64,000 nucleotides of DNA from assembly GCA_027923505.1 (NCBI GenBank), contig BROI01000019.1, forward strand, positions 620,001 to 684,000, given 5' to 3'. The position numbers and the translations under genes were made by a program. The DNA is from Mayamaea pseudoterrestris (lineage: Eukaryota). How positions within the stretch are numbered: position 1 is the first letter of the stretch; each line of letters begins with the position of its first letter. Of the stretch, positions 40,196 to 52,024 are shown piece after piece. The notes beneath the pieces are model-generated. The model was given only the letters and a program-made list of their open reading frames with translations. It made no database searches and was not told the DNA's origin.

Positions 40196-40956
40196 GCTTT
40201 TGACTTGTTAATATTTTTGGTGGCGAGATTGTTTTATGGTCTGCTTAGCTCTCGAAATATAATGAGAAGGCGTCAAGTAGTAACTTCAATCATCATCTTT
40301 CAAGCCTTCTTTCAAGGCTCCTTGGACCTTCGAGTCTCATTGAAGTGTGACTTAACATCTAAGCCCTCTGCCAAAGTTGACACCGTTGTTCCTCCTGGAT
40401 TTCTGTCTATTGCCTCAAGTCAAGATTAAGTTCAAACTACGACTCCCAAACACTGAATGAAGCCAAAATGACCGCATGGCTGTCAATAGGCCCAAAACAG
40501 AAACATCAACGTCTTATCAGCAGAACTCGGAGTCGCGATTTCATTCTTTGGGCGCATACTCACTGTTCGTGAGTGCAGTAGTATACCCTAGCTAGCGGCA
40601 ACCAGCATAGCACGTAACCTCCCTTCATCGCAGCCAAATTTTGTTATCTGTGAAGAGATTTTGTTGAGTGTGTGGGCATGTGTCTCAGCACTTTTAGCAA
40701 AAGAATCCAGATGTGTAAGTTTACAACAGCGATTGAGCGTTCCTCCTATTGCACTTGGTTGAAATCCAGAAGTGCGACAGTGCGACCTATCTTTTTCTAA
40801 TAGCAACCTGGTAAAAAGTGACAAAGCGACGTTACTATTTGTCTAATTTGTTGTATTAACACTTACGATGACTCAGGAGCTACAAAAGCGCTCGCGAACC
40901 ACGAAGCGTTGTGTGTTGTGTAATTCTATTGGCCGCTCACTGATTACGCCACTCGT

Positions 40957-41971
40957 TTAATCGTCGTCAATGGCAATGGCCGTTGCTTCCGAAGAGCCGT
41001 CGCCGCCATTTGCAACTACCGTCGGCGCCTTGTTGGCCCGATTCCGCCGCTGTCGTTTCGTTGGTCGAGTCAGTGGATGTACTACAGCGATTGGTTCAAT
41101 TTCAACGACATCGGCGCGTCGCTCCTCATAGACTTGCGCATCGTCCGCACTGAAAAAGTTGCTCTTGACCATGGAGTGAATGATATTGTCTACTGTTCGA
41201 CATGGCACTTGGCTCTGTACCGCTGTTCGGCACTGTTCAAGAAAAGAGGGAAGAATATATGTGAGCGAGAATACCGCACACGCTTGACCGACCGCAGTAA
41301 CAACCACATTTTCCCCTCATCCTTTAACATAAACACGGTATATTACGTACCGTCGGACATTCGTTGCATGACGAAACGCATTCCTTGCAGAAAGCGTGCC
41401 CACAAGGCACCAATGTCGTTGACTGTACTTGAATCTCCAAGCAGTACGGACAGAAGCATTCCTCCGTCGCTGGGTGCGCCGTGGAGTTTGCATGCGCCGC
41501 CGCCGTGGCTGCAGACTCCAAACTAGCAGCAGCTGCGGCGGCTTGCGACTTTGGACTTGCATTTTTGAATCGATTAAAGAATGACGCCGACTCTTGAATG
41601 CGAACTTGGTAGGAGTAGTGGCAATGGCCGTTGCTGCATTTTAGCGCAAGTACATCACCATGTTTTAGCGTTCGCAGCATCGTCCCTGAAAATGGGACAT
41701 TGTTGATAAAATACATCGACTTTTCTTGCGCTCCCTGTACTTGCAAGTGGCTCGTCCCGTTGGCCGCATCCACCAGTGGTGCATTCATCGCGGCGTGCAC
41801 CAAGCAAACGGCCGGATCCAAACCGCTCGATGGAGCAATACCAGTGAATGGATTGGCGCCCAGCGTAACTGACGACAAGGCCGAAATGTCAATGCAAGGC
41901 TTTGGAGGCGGTCCGATCACTGGTATACTAGCTGGTATCGGCAAGGCGTCGAGGAAAACTTGAGGCGGCAT
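40957..41971 (-). CDS. FHA-like + RING-HC protein (RNF8/CHFR-like architecture); intron 41233-41350
   Basis: Splicing completes the RING motif CPYC...PCGHAFCKEC...CPT|CR. The N-terminal 'FINN...LKHGDVLAL' resembles the end of an FHA domain. Confidence 0.75.
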
Positions 41972-42563
41972 ATTTGGCGTGAATTGATTGATGCAGTGCG
42001 CTGCACTAAATTTGCGGTGACGACAAGTAGGCTTTGGCTTTGCAGCTCTAGCGTGAACAAGGAAATCTAAGGACTCTAGTAAACTCTCAAGTCAACCAAA
42101 GAGCAATCAGAAAAATTCCTTGTCTGGAATAATTCTTCGATGGGCGAGGAGAGTCGGATGAAGAATTCCAGCGAGCGAAAAAAGGCAACGGCTGCAACAC
42201 GATTCTCACAATTCACCGCAGTATTGGTTAGACGCTGCAATGAATCGTATCAAAACCCGTGTCGAAGAAGGAAAGCGCTTATAACAAGTAATGTTGTGGA
42301 GTTGGCAGCAAATGCGCGGCTGTTGGATCAGCGATGAGCAATTTCGGGGGTCAAATGCGGGTCGGCCGCAACCCTCGAGTTTAGCTAGACAATGAGTAGC
42401 AAAGAATAAGAGATGGGTGCAATGCCCATCGGTCAGGGCTCAATCGTTATGGGAAAGAGAGAAAGTTTACGTAGCTATTGTCGAGCCAGCGAAACAGCGG
42501 CTGTAAATTCCAAGTAAAGGCGTTGCAATAACGCGACATGTTTGCTATCTTTATTCTATTCAT

Positions 42564-45500
42564 CTATTTCTTCTGCTCAAACATGGCCGAAACTGTGCGC
42601 CAATCGACCGACTCGAGAGTGTTACTGCGTGATCGGTTTGCAGGTTTGCTCCCATCCTCTTCCGTAACACTAGCCTGGTCGGAAACATTACGATTCGCAA
42701 GCGCCGACAGGGCGCTGGCGGCGTTTGCAAACGTGAGTTCAACCGGCTTTGACGGCGAGCGGTAACGCATATTCATCTTCTTGGACAGCTCAAGGCAGAA
42801 GCTTGTGAGGTCTGCCTTGCTTTGGCTAATCATGGCCGAGTGCTGCCAGCTCTCTCGGTGCTCGGCGCAGACAGAGTACTCGACGAACCCCAAGTCCACC
42901 TCGACGCGATTGGCGCGAAAGCTACTAAAGGCACGCCATTCACGAGGGCGGGCTTTGATAAATTCTTCAACAGCGCCCTTGAAGACCTTGAGTAGCTTGT
43001 AGGAAACGTCCAAGGGAAACTTAATCGCAAAGCTCACAGACGCCTTCGGGGACCGAGCGCCATTGATGATACGGCAAGTCGCCAATGTGCTGTTTGCATA
43101 AGTCGCAACCTCATTGGTGGAACCATATAAAACAGTGGTGGTAAACAAATCCACGTCCTTGACAATCCAGCCAGGTGATCCAGAACCAGGCGTGTCCGTC
43201 ATTGGGTTGCTGACATTGATTCTGTCACCAATGTCGTATGGCTTGCGGTAAATGATGAACATTGCGCCCGAGAAAAATTGGGCAGCGGCACTGCCAATCA
43301 TGAAGGCAAACCCAATGACAAAACCACTGACGGATGCAAAAAGGACAATGGGGTCGATACCGAGAAATGACAGCACGACGCAAATAATGATGAAGTAAAA
43401 GACAACATTGAAGAGGGTCTCAAAGGCTGCGTCCATTCTGGTCGAATTAGCAACGGATGCTCGCAAAAGGCGCAATTCCTTGTAGACAGAGTCTATACTC
43501 TTAGCACAGTCCAACAAACTGAGAGTCCCATCGCGCTCCGGTCGAAAGAGTTTGATCAAGGCCTTGAGCTTCTCCTCATCCATATCACCATTGCGATCAA
43601 TGGCGAGCGAGGCAATCAAATCAAAGCGAAGCATGTCCTCCTTGCCTGCAAGACGCTTGTACAGTGCTTCAGTTGAAGCGACGCAATCGCTTCTGGTCGA
43701 CGCAGATCCAAATGCCGCTGAAAACGGAAAGGATGTGTTCAGATACGAAAGTGACTGTCGAAACTGAATGATGGCTGAAATCGGCGCCTTCTTCTCCTGG
43801 GCATTGCCAAAGTCTGGTTCTTCCCATGCTCCCAGTAGCTCAGCAATCCGAATCTTCTGAATGCTAGACAGGTTAGCTTGCTGCATAAGCGTGTTGCTGC
43901 CGGCGCCACCAGAAGTAACGCTTGGCCCTCGAACATGTCGTGGGCTGTTGCCAGCCACATCGCTTCCCTTGCTCCCTTCCTCCTCGTCCAAGGCATACCG
44001 TCCCATATCAAGCCCAAGATCTTCCATTTCGTATCCGAGCGCCTCCTTGTCTCGGGCCAACGCCGCGACTTGTCCAATGAGGAGTGATTTTTTCATGACG
44101 GTAGTGAGATCTTCGGCATACCGGTGATAGGTCTTCTTTCCAAACCAAAGGCCAACCCAAAATCGTTTGGCCGCTACGACGACGGACACAACCATTGCCA
44201 CTGCAAGCAAAGAGCCAAGTGTGAGCTACAAGACGCGATGAAAGCAGGCATAAATCACATAGCCAATGCATCGACGCACCAATGAGAGCAGACTTGTATT
44301 CCGGCGCCGAAACAAAACTGCCAGCCGGGTTTTGGTCATTAAAAAGGTCCACATATTCCTGTAGAAATTTCATGCTTGTGTGAGTCCCTTGCGATGTTAG
44401 ATGCATCGATCTTAGCATGCCAACGTACCTGCCAGTACAGCCAGTGACGCGCAAACTTGCTCGATCCGTACAGCAGCACAAAGTCATAGACTCCCCACCA
44501 AAAGAGGATAAAGGGCCATCCTTTGCTCTGGACTACAAACAATGTTGCAAAGGGACCGATCAGCTGGACTGCCCACTTTGTGCGAAGCGCCAAAAACTCA
44601 ATGATAAAGGCTTGCGTCGCGAGCGCCAACGACAGTGTTAGCGGTTGCCGGCAGCAGACAAAGAGCACCCACCAAGACGCGCTCGCTTCGTCAAATATAA
44701 GCTTGGTGATGGACGCTAGTCCCGTCGCGCCGCTCAACGTCGAGTTGCCCGTTGTGGCATCGATTTGCGTTTCGAGCGCATCATTGCATTCCTCGCTCGT
44801 TCCGCATGGTGGGTTTCCAACCAAGTAATACAAGATTGCAGCCACTCCCAAAGCCGGCAAGGTGAGGAAGAGTAGCAAGAACTTTAAATAAGTAAACATG
44901 CTCATCTTTTTAAATCGAATCCAGTCCTCGAAATCCTTGTAGCGCGATTTGATCTTCATACGCGTCGTGGCGCGCAGTGGATGTGACCGGCCAAGCCCAG
45001 AGTTGGTTCGCATGTTTTCTCCATCAGTGTGAAAGTTTGGGCTGTGATGCTCCTTGCTTGACTCTGCCTCTTGGTCCGTCTCTTGGTTCTCCAAGTCGTC
45101 TTCCTCGTCCGTCTTTTTCGATAAATCACGAATTGACTTGGCTGCATTTGCATGAATCGTTGCCTTGAGTGCATTCCAACGATCGTGCGTCGCGCTCGTC
45201 GGCTTTGGGCTACCAGCGTCTCCATGTCCCGCTTCAGTCTGCAGCAAGGAGTCTTTCGGAGCGGCATTGTTTCGCTTCATGAGCGTGACGGCATTCTTAA
45301 TGAGCTTGTCTTGATCCGACGAGAATTCATTTGAATCGTCCATCCGAAGGCTTTCAAGCGCATGCAAACCTCGCGTCGACATGCCATGTTGCTTATTGAG
45401 TACCGATAAGTCTGAAGCAAGCTGAAACAAATCCTCGGCCGTGCTCTTGGTGTTTGTCGTTTGCGTGTGCGTCGCTGCTCGATGCAAGGTTGGTTTCGTA

Positions 45501-46169
45501 AGCTTGGGAGTGACAGCGTCACCTGGCGCAAACACCGCCGGTTCAGCCTCCTCTGGAACATGACCAAGAATAGTTTGTTGCGCCTCACTTGGACCAGGTC
45601 GGGTAGGATCAAGCCTATCAAGCTGGTGTTGAATTAGCGCGTCCGCCTCCGTCTCCATGGGGTCGGCCAAGAGGCTGCTCGCCGCCGCTCCATGACGATG
45701 CAAATGAAAGTCGGGATTTGAAATATGAGAAAGAACGTCGTCGTCAAATTCCCGTCTGTCAATGGACATCATTGGTAGACCAGAAGCTCCCCATTTGACA
45801 GTCCTGTGAACGAGATTGTACGGCGTGAGCGTGCGCGAAAGCCTTGCGGGCGGCGCGCCGGAGTATTTAAAATTCTGCTTACCTATCCTTCAAACCCGAC
45901 GGAATGGGAGACCGAGACCGGGAAGACGCAGAAGTATTCCGATTCACTGCCGAAGGACGAGCCATTCCGAGAAGCGGATGCGAAAGCTCGTCAAACGAAG
46001 GAACGTCGGGTGGCCGAACAGGAGATTGCTGTGGAGATAGTGGCGGCAGCGTCATGGTAGGTTCATTTGCTCCAAGCTCATTGAATCCATCCAAGCCACC
46101 ATCAGATCGCTTCGCAGCTGTCTGCTGGCCTGCCTCGCTGGATGCGGCTGCTTCCTCCGGCGAAACCAT
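42564..46169 (-). CDS. MscS-like mechanosensitive ion channel; 4 exons (introns 45804-45882, 44359-44428, 44201-44279)
   Basis: MscS motifs FIIYRKPYDIGDRI, V.DVDLFTT and I.NGARSP, plus an EF-hand-like region. All three GT-AG introns preserve frame. Confidence 0.88.
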
Positions 46170-46513
46170 GGTAGGATATGGCAAGGTGAGTGAGTGTGTG
46201 TGTGGATTTTGGAAGATCGGCTTTCTCGTCCGCGCCGCTGCTCGTGAATCGGGTTTTTGAGTCATGTAAGCCCGACTGGCGCGAGAGCCTGCCGATCACA
46301 CATTCTAACGATTCGTGCCCGTCCTCACGATTTCTAGTGGCGATGCGATGTCTCGTCTCGTGTGACGTTTCATAAAGTCGACTCGTTCAAACTTTGATGC
46401 ATTCGCCATGATCACTACCATGCCCTGGCCATTCTTCTTGCAAGCTCAATAAACAAATCTCGGAGTAGCAGGAGCACTTTGCAAAGCTCTAAAAACAAGA
46501 GATTGCTAAGAAT

Positions 46514-48031
46514 ATGCAAAAGTTATCCGCCATGTCGATAATTCTCTTGAGCATCTGCACCAAGCGCTTGCTGCAACCTTGCTCGGCACTGGCACCAGTG
46601 CATCGAGTGAGACCAATGAGATGTGTATCTTCGACATTACTGTGTCTATCGTCAGCGTCGTCTGGGCGAGTATCAAATGCTGTCAAGGACAGTGAGCTCT
46701 TGAAGAAAACAGACGGCGCATCTAGCCAGCAACCCAAGGAAAAACTCGACACCAATCCGCCCAAAGGCACTCGCGATTTTTTCCCAGAAGACATGCGACT
46801 TCGGACATGGCTCTTTGATCATTGGAGAGCAGTTGCCAAAACCTATGGATTCGTTGAATACGACGCACCCGTCTTGGAGAGTGAATCGCTTTTTACACGC
46901 AAGGCTGGGGAGGAAGTCACCCAGCAGTTATACAACTTTGTCGACAAGGGCGACCGCAACGTTGCGCTCCGACCCGAGATGACTCCGAGTTTGGCGCGCA
47001 TGGTCATGTCCAAGAAAGGGTCGCTGCCCATGCCGCTGAAATGGTTTTCGATTCCGCAGTGCTGGCGATACGAGCGCATGACGCGAGGTCGGAGGAGGGA
47101 ACACTTCCAATGGAACTGCGATATTTGGGGCGTGTCTGATGAGCGGGCCGAGGCAGAATTACTCTCAGCCATGGTCACCTTTTTCGAAAATGTTGGTTTG
47201 ACGTCGGAAGATGTTGGTATCAAGGTGAACTCGCGACTAGTCATTGGAGAAGTGTTATCGGAGCTTGGCATACCAGAAGAAAAGTTTGCCGCAACATGCG
47301 TGCTCATTGACAAACTCGAAAAGATTCCGATAGATGCAATCCAGGATGACTTGGAGCAACTAGGACTTGATCAATCAGTTGTGGAAAAGTTGCTACAAGT
47401 ATTGACCAATGCTTCCATTGATGAGCTGCGAAAAACCTTGGGCGACGATTCAAAAGCAGTCCAACAATTATCAAACTTTTTGGATATATGCGGAGGCTAT
47501 GATATCTTAGACTGGATTGTGTTTGATGCTTCTGTTGTTCGAGGTTTGGCATATTATACTGGAATGGTGTTTGAAAGCTTTGATCGAAAGGGCGAGCTCC
47601 GTGCTATTGCTGGCGGAGGTCGATATGATAAGCTATTGGAAACCTTTGGCGGCGATCCAACACCTGCCGTCGGCTTTGGTTTCGGAGATGCAGTCATTGT
47701 TGAACTATTAAAGGAGCGCAACCTATTGCCTTCATTTGAAAGTCCGGACGTTGACACTGTTATTTTCGCAATGACCAGCAATCTATATAACGAGGCCGTC
47801 AAGACTGCGTCAATACTTCGAAGGGCCGGGCAATCTGTCGATGTCGTGCTTGAAGACAAAAAAGCTAAGTGGGTTTTTAAGCACGCCGATCGCTTGGGCG
47901 CCAAGTATTGCGTTGTAGTTGGCCAGAGCGAGTATGAGAACGGTGAAGTTTCAATCAAAGATTTAACCACGGGAAGTCAGCAAACAATCAAGCTTGATAA
48001 TTTGGTCAAATGGGGCTCGGAGCATAAATAG
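46514..48031 (+). CDS. hisS: Histidyl-tRNA synthetase, organelle-targeted
   Basis: PKGTRDF, LRPEMTPSLAR, WRYER..RGRRREHFQ, VRGLAYYTG and GGGRYD, with an N-terminal presequence. Confidence 0.96.
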   Translation: MQKLSAMSIILLSICTKRLLQPCSALAPVHRVRPMRCVSSTLLCLSSASSGRVSNAVKDSELLKKTDGASSQQPKEKLDTNPPKGTRDFFPEDMRLRTWLFDHWRAVAKTYGFVEYDAPVLESESLFTRKAGEEVTQQLYNFVDKGDRNVALRPEMTPSLARMVMSKKGSLPMPLKWFSIPQCWRYERMTRGRRREHFQWNCDIWGVSDERAEAELLSAMVTFFENVGLTSEDVGIKVNSRLVIGEVLSELGIPEEKFAATCVLIDKLEKIPIDAIQDDLEQLGLDQSVVEKLLQVLTNASIDELRKTLGDDSKAVQQLSNFLDICGGYDILDWIVFDASVVRGLAYYTGMVFESFDRKGELRAIAGGGRYDKLLETFGGDPTPAVGFGFGDAVIVELLKERNLLPSFESPDVDTVIFAMTSNLYNEAVKTASILRRAGQSVDVVLEDKKAKWVFKHADRLGAKYCVVVGQSEYENGEVSIKDLTTGSQQTIKLDNLVKWGSEHK

Positions 48032-48299
48032 AATGTAAAACCGAGTACTATACGGACTATTTATGCGTTCTAATTAGCGTTCATTTATTGTCGTAAGGTA
48101 GTACGACTTCTAATGTGAGCGATTACCTCTCGGCCTGATCACGACAAACGCTGAATAATGTTATTCTTCTTTGCGTGAACGCACGCCATTGACTTTATAT
48201 TGAGAGGTGCACTGTACCGTCGGTATCTGCCGTCGGCAAACGGCTTCACAGATGTCAGTGAAGCTATCAGTGCGATTGGCTTGCGCGAAATCATATGAA

Positions 48300-51200
48300 T
48301 TACGTCGACGCCACCGCCTCGCCATCACCTTGGACTATGAAGAAAGGCTTAACGGGGATGGCAAGCTTCTTCTCACCTAAATTAGTGCGAATGTCGCACG
48401 TCTTCTTTATGAATTCTTGGCTATCCGTTATGGCCAGAATCGAGCCCATGAATTCGTCCGGCGGAGCGCAGTCATCTTCTAGTTCAAGCTCTTGACAAAG
48501 CTTTGTAAATTGTGAGCTAAAGGTTGGTGCGTCGTAAATCGACCAAGTCGTTCCTAATTCAGACAGTCCCATGGCAAAGGCCAGAAGCCGTTTGGGAACA
48601 TGCCACAATTTCCATTTTGACACGCTTAGCTTGCGCAGCTCGGCCAAAATGCCAAGCGGATTCTTATTGACAGCTTTTTGCGTGTTTTGGAACACTCTGT
48701 AGCCATCGCCATCAAAAATATCGACCGAAAGGAAGACTCCTTCGTTCGGTCTAGTTTCTATCACACCCGGAGGATACTGCGTAATATCTCCAGTTCGGTC
48801 TGGATATCTAATTCCTTCCAGATTGTCGCTGCGTATAATATTGCTTGTTGTCACATCAGCGAGCGCCATGAGGGTTTCCAGCTTGCGTTCGAACCCCGAC
48901 CAGGCTGGATTTATCTTAGCAGCCTCGAAGCATGGTGCACTTGCTTCCCTTTCGTCCGATCCAAGATGGATATACTTGCTGTTGAAAACCTTTCGTAGCT
49001 CGGCAACTACAGAGTAAAGAACTGGAAGGAACTTTTCGTCGTTTATATTGATTGGCGTACCTTGATCGGAACAAAAATGATCTGGACAATTGGCCAAAAA
49101 CTGGGTATTGATCCAGCCACCTGCATCAGAAGAAAGTGTGATTTCTGGTATAATTTGTACGCCCGAGTTTCCTGCATCCTCGACAAGCTTTTCCAAGTCG
49201 CGGAGTGTGTAAAATGGATTGTCATTACCCGCGATGAGAGATTGGGCAAGCCGTGGGTGGATGTCAGACTCATAGACCCATCCACTCTCGCTAATGAGTC
49301 GCAGCTGGACTGTGTTCATGCCAAGTTTGACAACATAGTCTTGTATGATGGAATGGATCCGTTTTATCGTCGGCATGGCGCTCACAGCATCGATAATAAC
49401 GCCAACATTCGGCACAGTATGCTTTTCGAGTAATAAAAGTGTCTGTGGCATAACTGCGAGAGGACGAGCTTCGGGTCTCTTGATTTCGATATCCAATGCA
49501 AAATTTTTCCAGAAGTATTCATTTCCACTGCCGATCGCTTGTCGAAGCATCCGGTCGCCAATTTCTTTGAACGTCCGGTGTGGCACACTTGTTGTCAGTC
49601 GTTCGCAAATATCGCTTTTCCATACTTCCCAACCCTTCCGCCATTTCTCGCGGTATATCTGTGAAGATATAACAGGTTGACCATCGGTGTCGCATATGAT
49701 TTCTCCAAATCCGAGGTCCTTGCAATAGCTGTTCCATTGACCCAATACGCTGGTTTGCTTTTCTAAGTCAGTGCCAGTAATGCTTTGATTCGCCACCCCA
49801 ATGGCCACAGCCAGCAGCCTGCCAAGTATGTTCCTATCGTACCAAAATTGACTATCTAATTCAAAGGTCCCAGCGATAATTGCCGTCGGTGTCTTCCCGC
49901 CAGGATAACTAAAGTTAAGAACAGCCTTGGAGTAAACTTCGTATGCATCTTGGTCCATATTCGTATCAAAGTAAAGCCCCGCCGAGACGAAAAATCTACC
50001 TTTCGGATTGTGCCTCAATCCAGGATATGATTCCCAAAACTGCTCAATGGCACCAGCTCGAACTAGTGCTTTTTGCCCCGTCATTTCCCATCTCACGACC
50101 CGATCTTCAGGATAACCAGTCGCGTTAATAATTTCCTTCAGCACAAGCTCAAATTTATCGTAGTCAAAAACTCTGTGACCGACCTCGTTAAAGCAAGGAT
50201 CAGCCATGTTTACTTCGTCGCCACCAAGGTGCAGAAAGGGTGGATTGTCAAAAATATCAACAATCTCTTTGATGACATCGGTCAGAATTGGTTTCAAGTC
50301 ATGGTGTGTGACATTCAATGGCAAGCCATATCCCTTCTCGCAAATAAAACCAGGACAGTGGACAATCATGTCCGGAATGCCTGCCCACGATCCAGCGTGG
50401 CCCGGAACATTGATCTCCGGCATGATGGATATGCCACGAGCCTTGGCGTACGCTGTCAAATCTCTCAATTCGTCGGGTGTGTAAACCTTTCGGTCTGGGT
50501 TCCATAGAGCGGTAGGATATGCGAGCTGTGGCCGCGACTTTAGCAAAACGTTAAACGTTTGATCGTCCGTCAAACGCAATTGAATGAGGTTGTAGTTCAT
50601 ATCCGACAGCCGGTCAATGGTTCGCCTGAGCCATGGGATTGGAAAGTAATGCCGCCCAGCGTCAATGAGTGTACCGAGGTACGGAATTGCTGGCTTGATT
50701 GGTAGTCTGCCCTTGCTTTCAAAATCCCATACTTCAGCACGTAGGGGGTCGCCTTCGACGGGTGCATGTTGAACGGCGGCCAAGCGCTCGACCACTGGAA
50801 GTTTTCGAGGTACTTTCACTTCCTTGGCTGTCTGATTTTGTTTGTCGAATACGTTATCATCAACGACATTGTTGTACACACCGTGTTGCGATTTGTTGAT
50901 CCTTTCCAAACGTTTCTTCCGCATGGCGTCCAACGTCGATTGCTTGTCAATCCGATGCACATTCTTGTTGTCGTGGTCCGACGTACGTTCCAGTTTGATC
51001 CCTATTTGCTGGTTTAGATCTTCGTCCATGCGACGACGAACAGTGTCAATCTCCCTCTTCTCGTCAAGCGGCATTTCCTCAACTTCATCATCAATCAGCT
51101 TGTTGCGAATTGCTACGTCGTCGTCGGTGCCTGCCGTGTGTCTCCGTTTACTTGGTTCTTTTTCGGCAGTAGTGTCGTCGCCTTCGTTATCATCATTCGT

Positions 51201-51701
51201 GTCGTCCTGTTCGCCTGACATACCGTCGTCATCCGTCCCATCATCGTTTCGGTCCTCTCGCACGATATACGCATCCTTTCGAGAGCTCTCGTCAACTTTC
51301 TCGCGCATAGACTTGTCCTCGACGACTGCCAAGCGCATTCCCTGATCACGTTCTGTCAACTTCATCGCTTCCACGGACACATCGGTTGTGCCTCTTCCGT
51401 CGGTATACCGTGCTTTATTCGTTGCTGACGATTCGGCTTGTATTCTTGCTTGCTTTCGTCTTCGATCCAATTGCTCCTTTCGCAAAATATCCATGGCAGT
51501 CATTCGTTCCGACGGTGATTCGATGGCGCCGGGCTGCATCAAAAAGACTTGTCCAATCGCAATGTACACGCCCATGAGTATAACGAGTAAGAATGAGCTC
51601 AGAAGCGCAAATTTACGTCCTCCCTTTGGGTCTCGTCGATTTTGGACCAATCCCCGATGTTGATGCAGAATCGGCCGACGATGATTGTTGAATGAGACCA
51701 T
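48300..51701 (-). CDS. Type II membrane beta-N-acetylhexosaminidase (GH20) with two tandem catalytic-like domains
   Basis: Domain 1: LIDAGRHYF, LRLTDDQ, PEINVPGH, HLGGDEV. Domain 2: IIDAV, LRLISES, PEITLSSD, HLGSDER. Confidence 0.88.
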   Translation of the reverse strand: MVSFNNHRRPILHQHRGLVQNRRDPKGGRKFALLSSFLLVILMGVYIAIGQVFLMQPGAIESPSERMTAMDILRKEQLDRRRKQARIQAESSATNKARYTDGRGTTDVSVEAMKLTERDQGMRLAVVEDKSMREKVDESSRKDAYIVREDRNDDGTDDDGMSGEQDDTNDDNEGDDTTAEKEPSKRRHTAGTDDDVAIRNKLIDDEVEEMPLDEKREIDTVRRRMDEDLNQQIGIKLERTSDHDNKNVHRIDKQSTLDAMRKKRLERINKSQHGVYNNVVDDNVFDKQNQTAKEVKVPRKLPVVERLAAVQHAPVEGDPLRAEVWDFESKGRLPIKPAIPYLGTLIDAGRHYFPIPWLRRTIDRLSDMNYNLIQLRLTDDQTFNVLLKSRPQLAYPTALWNPDRKVYTPDELRDLTAYAKARGISIMPEINVPGHAGSWAGIPDMIVHCPGFICEKGYGLPLNVTHHDLKPILTDVIKEIVDIFDNPPFLHLGGDEVNMADPCFNEVGHRVFDYDKFELVLKEIINATGYPEDRVVRWEMTGQKALVRAGAIEQFWESYPGLRHNPKGRFFVSAGLYFDTNMDQDAYEVYSKAVLNFSYPGGKTPTAIIAGTFELDSQFWYDRNILGRLLAVAIGVANQSITGTDLEKQTSVLGQWNSYCKDLGFGEIICDTDGQPVISSQIYREKWRKGWEVWKSDICERLTTSVPHRTFKEIGDRMLRQAIGSGNEYFWKNFALDIEIKRPEARPLAVMPQTLLLLEKHTVPNVGVIIDAVSAMPTIKRIHSIIQDYVVKLGMNTVQLRLISESGWVYESDIHPRLAQSLIAGNDNPFYTLRDLEKLVEDAGNSGVQIIPEITLSSDAGGWINTQFLANCPDHFCSDQGTPININDEKFLPVLYSVVAELRKVFNSKYIHLGSDEREASAPCFEAAKINPAWSGFERKLETLMALADVTTSNIIRSDNLEGIRYPDRTGDITQYPPGVIETRPNEGVFLSVDIFDGDGYRVFQNTQKAVNKNPLGILAELRKLSVSKWKLWHVPKRLLAFAMGLSELGTTWSIYDAPTFSSQFTKLCQELELEDDCAPPDEFMGSILAITDSQEFIKKTCDIRTNLGEKKLAIPVKPFFIVQGDGEAVAST

Positions 51702-52024
51702 TCTTCAGGCAGACTTGAAAAATCGTCTAATAGCTATAGTTGCAATGCAAGAAGGTTTTTGTCGTAAGTACTGTACGCAGCTTAGCGTTGTATGTAGAAA
51801 ATTACAGCCATTTTGATCATACAAAGAAAGAAAGGTCTGCAACTTGTTGGCTCATCGACAGCACGCGCGGTCGCGTCGAGCGCCGTTTTATGGGCGCGCG
51901 AAAACCGCTACGATTCTTTTACTGTCGCTACGAAGTCTCGACTTTTTTGTCCGCCTATACCTGTTGCAGTAGTAACTAAGAAGAGCTGGTACGTAACTAA
52001 CAGAGAGAAGAATGGCTTTATGAA

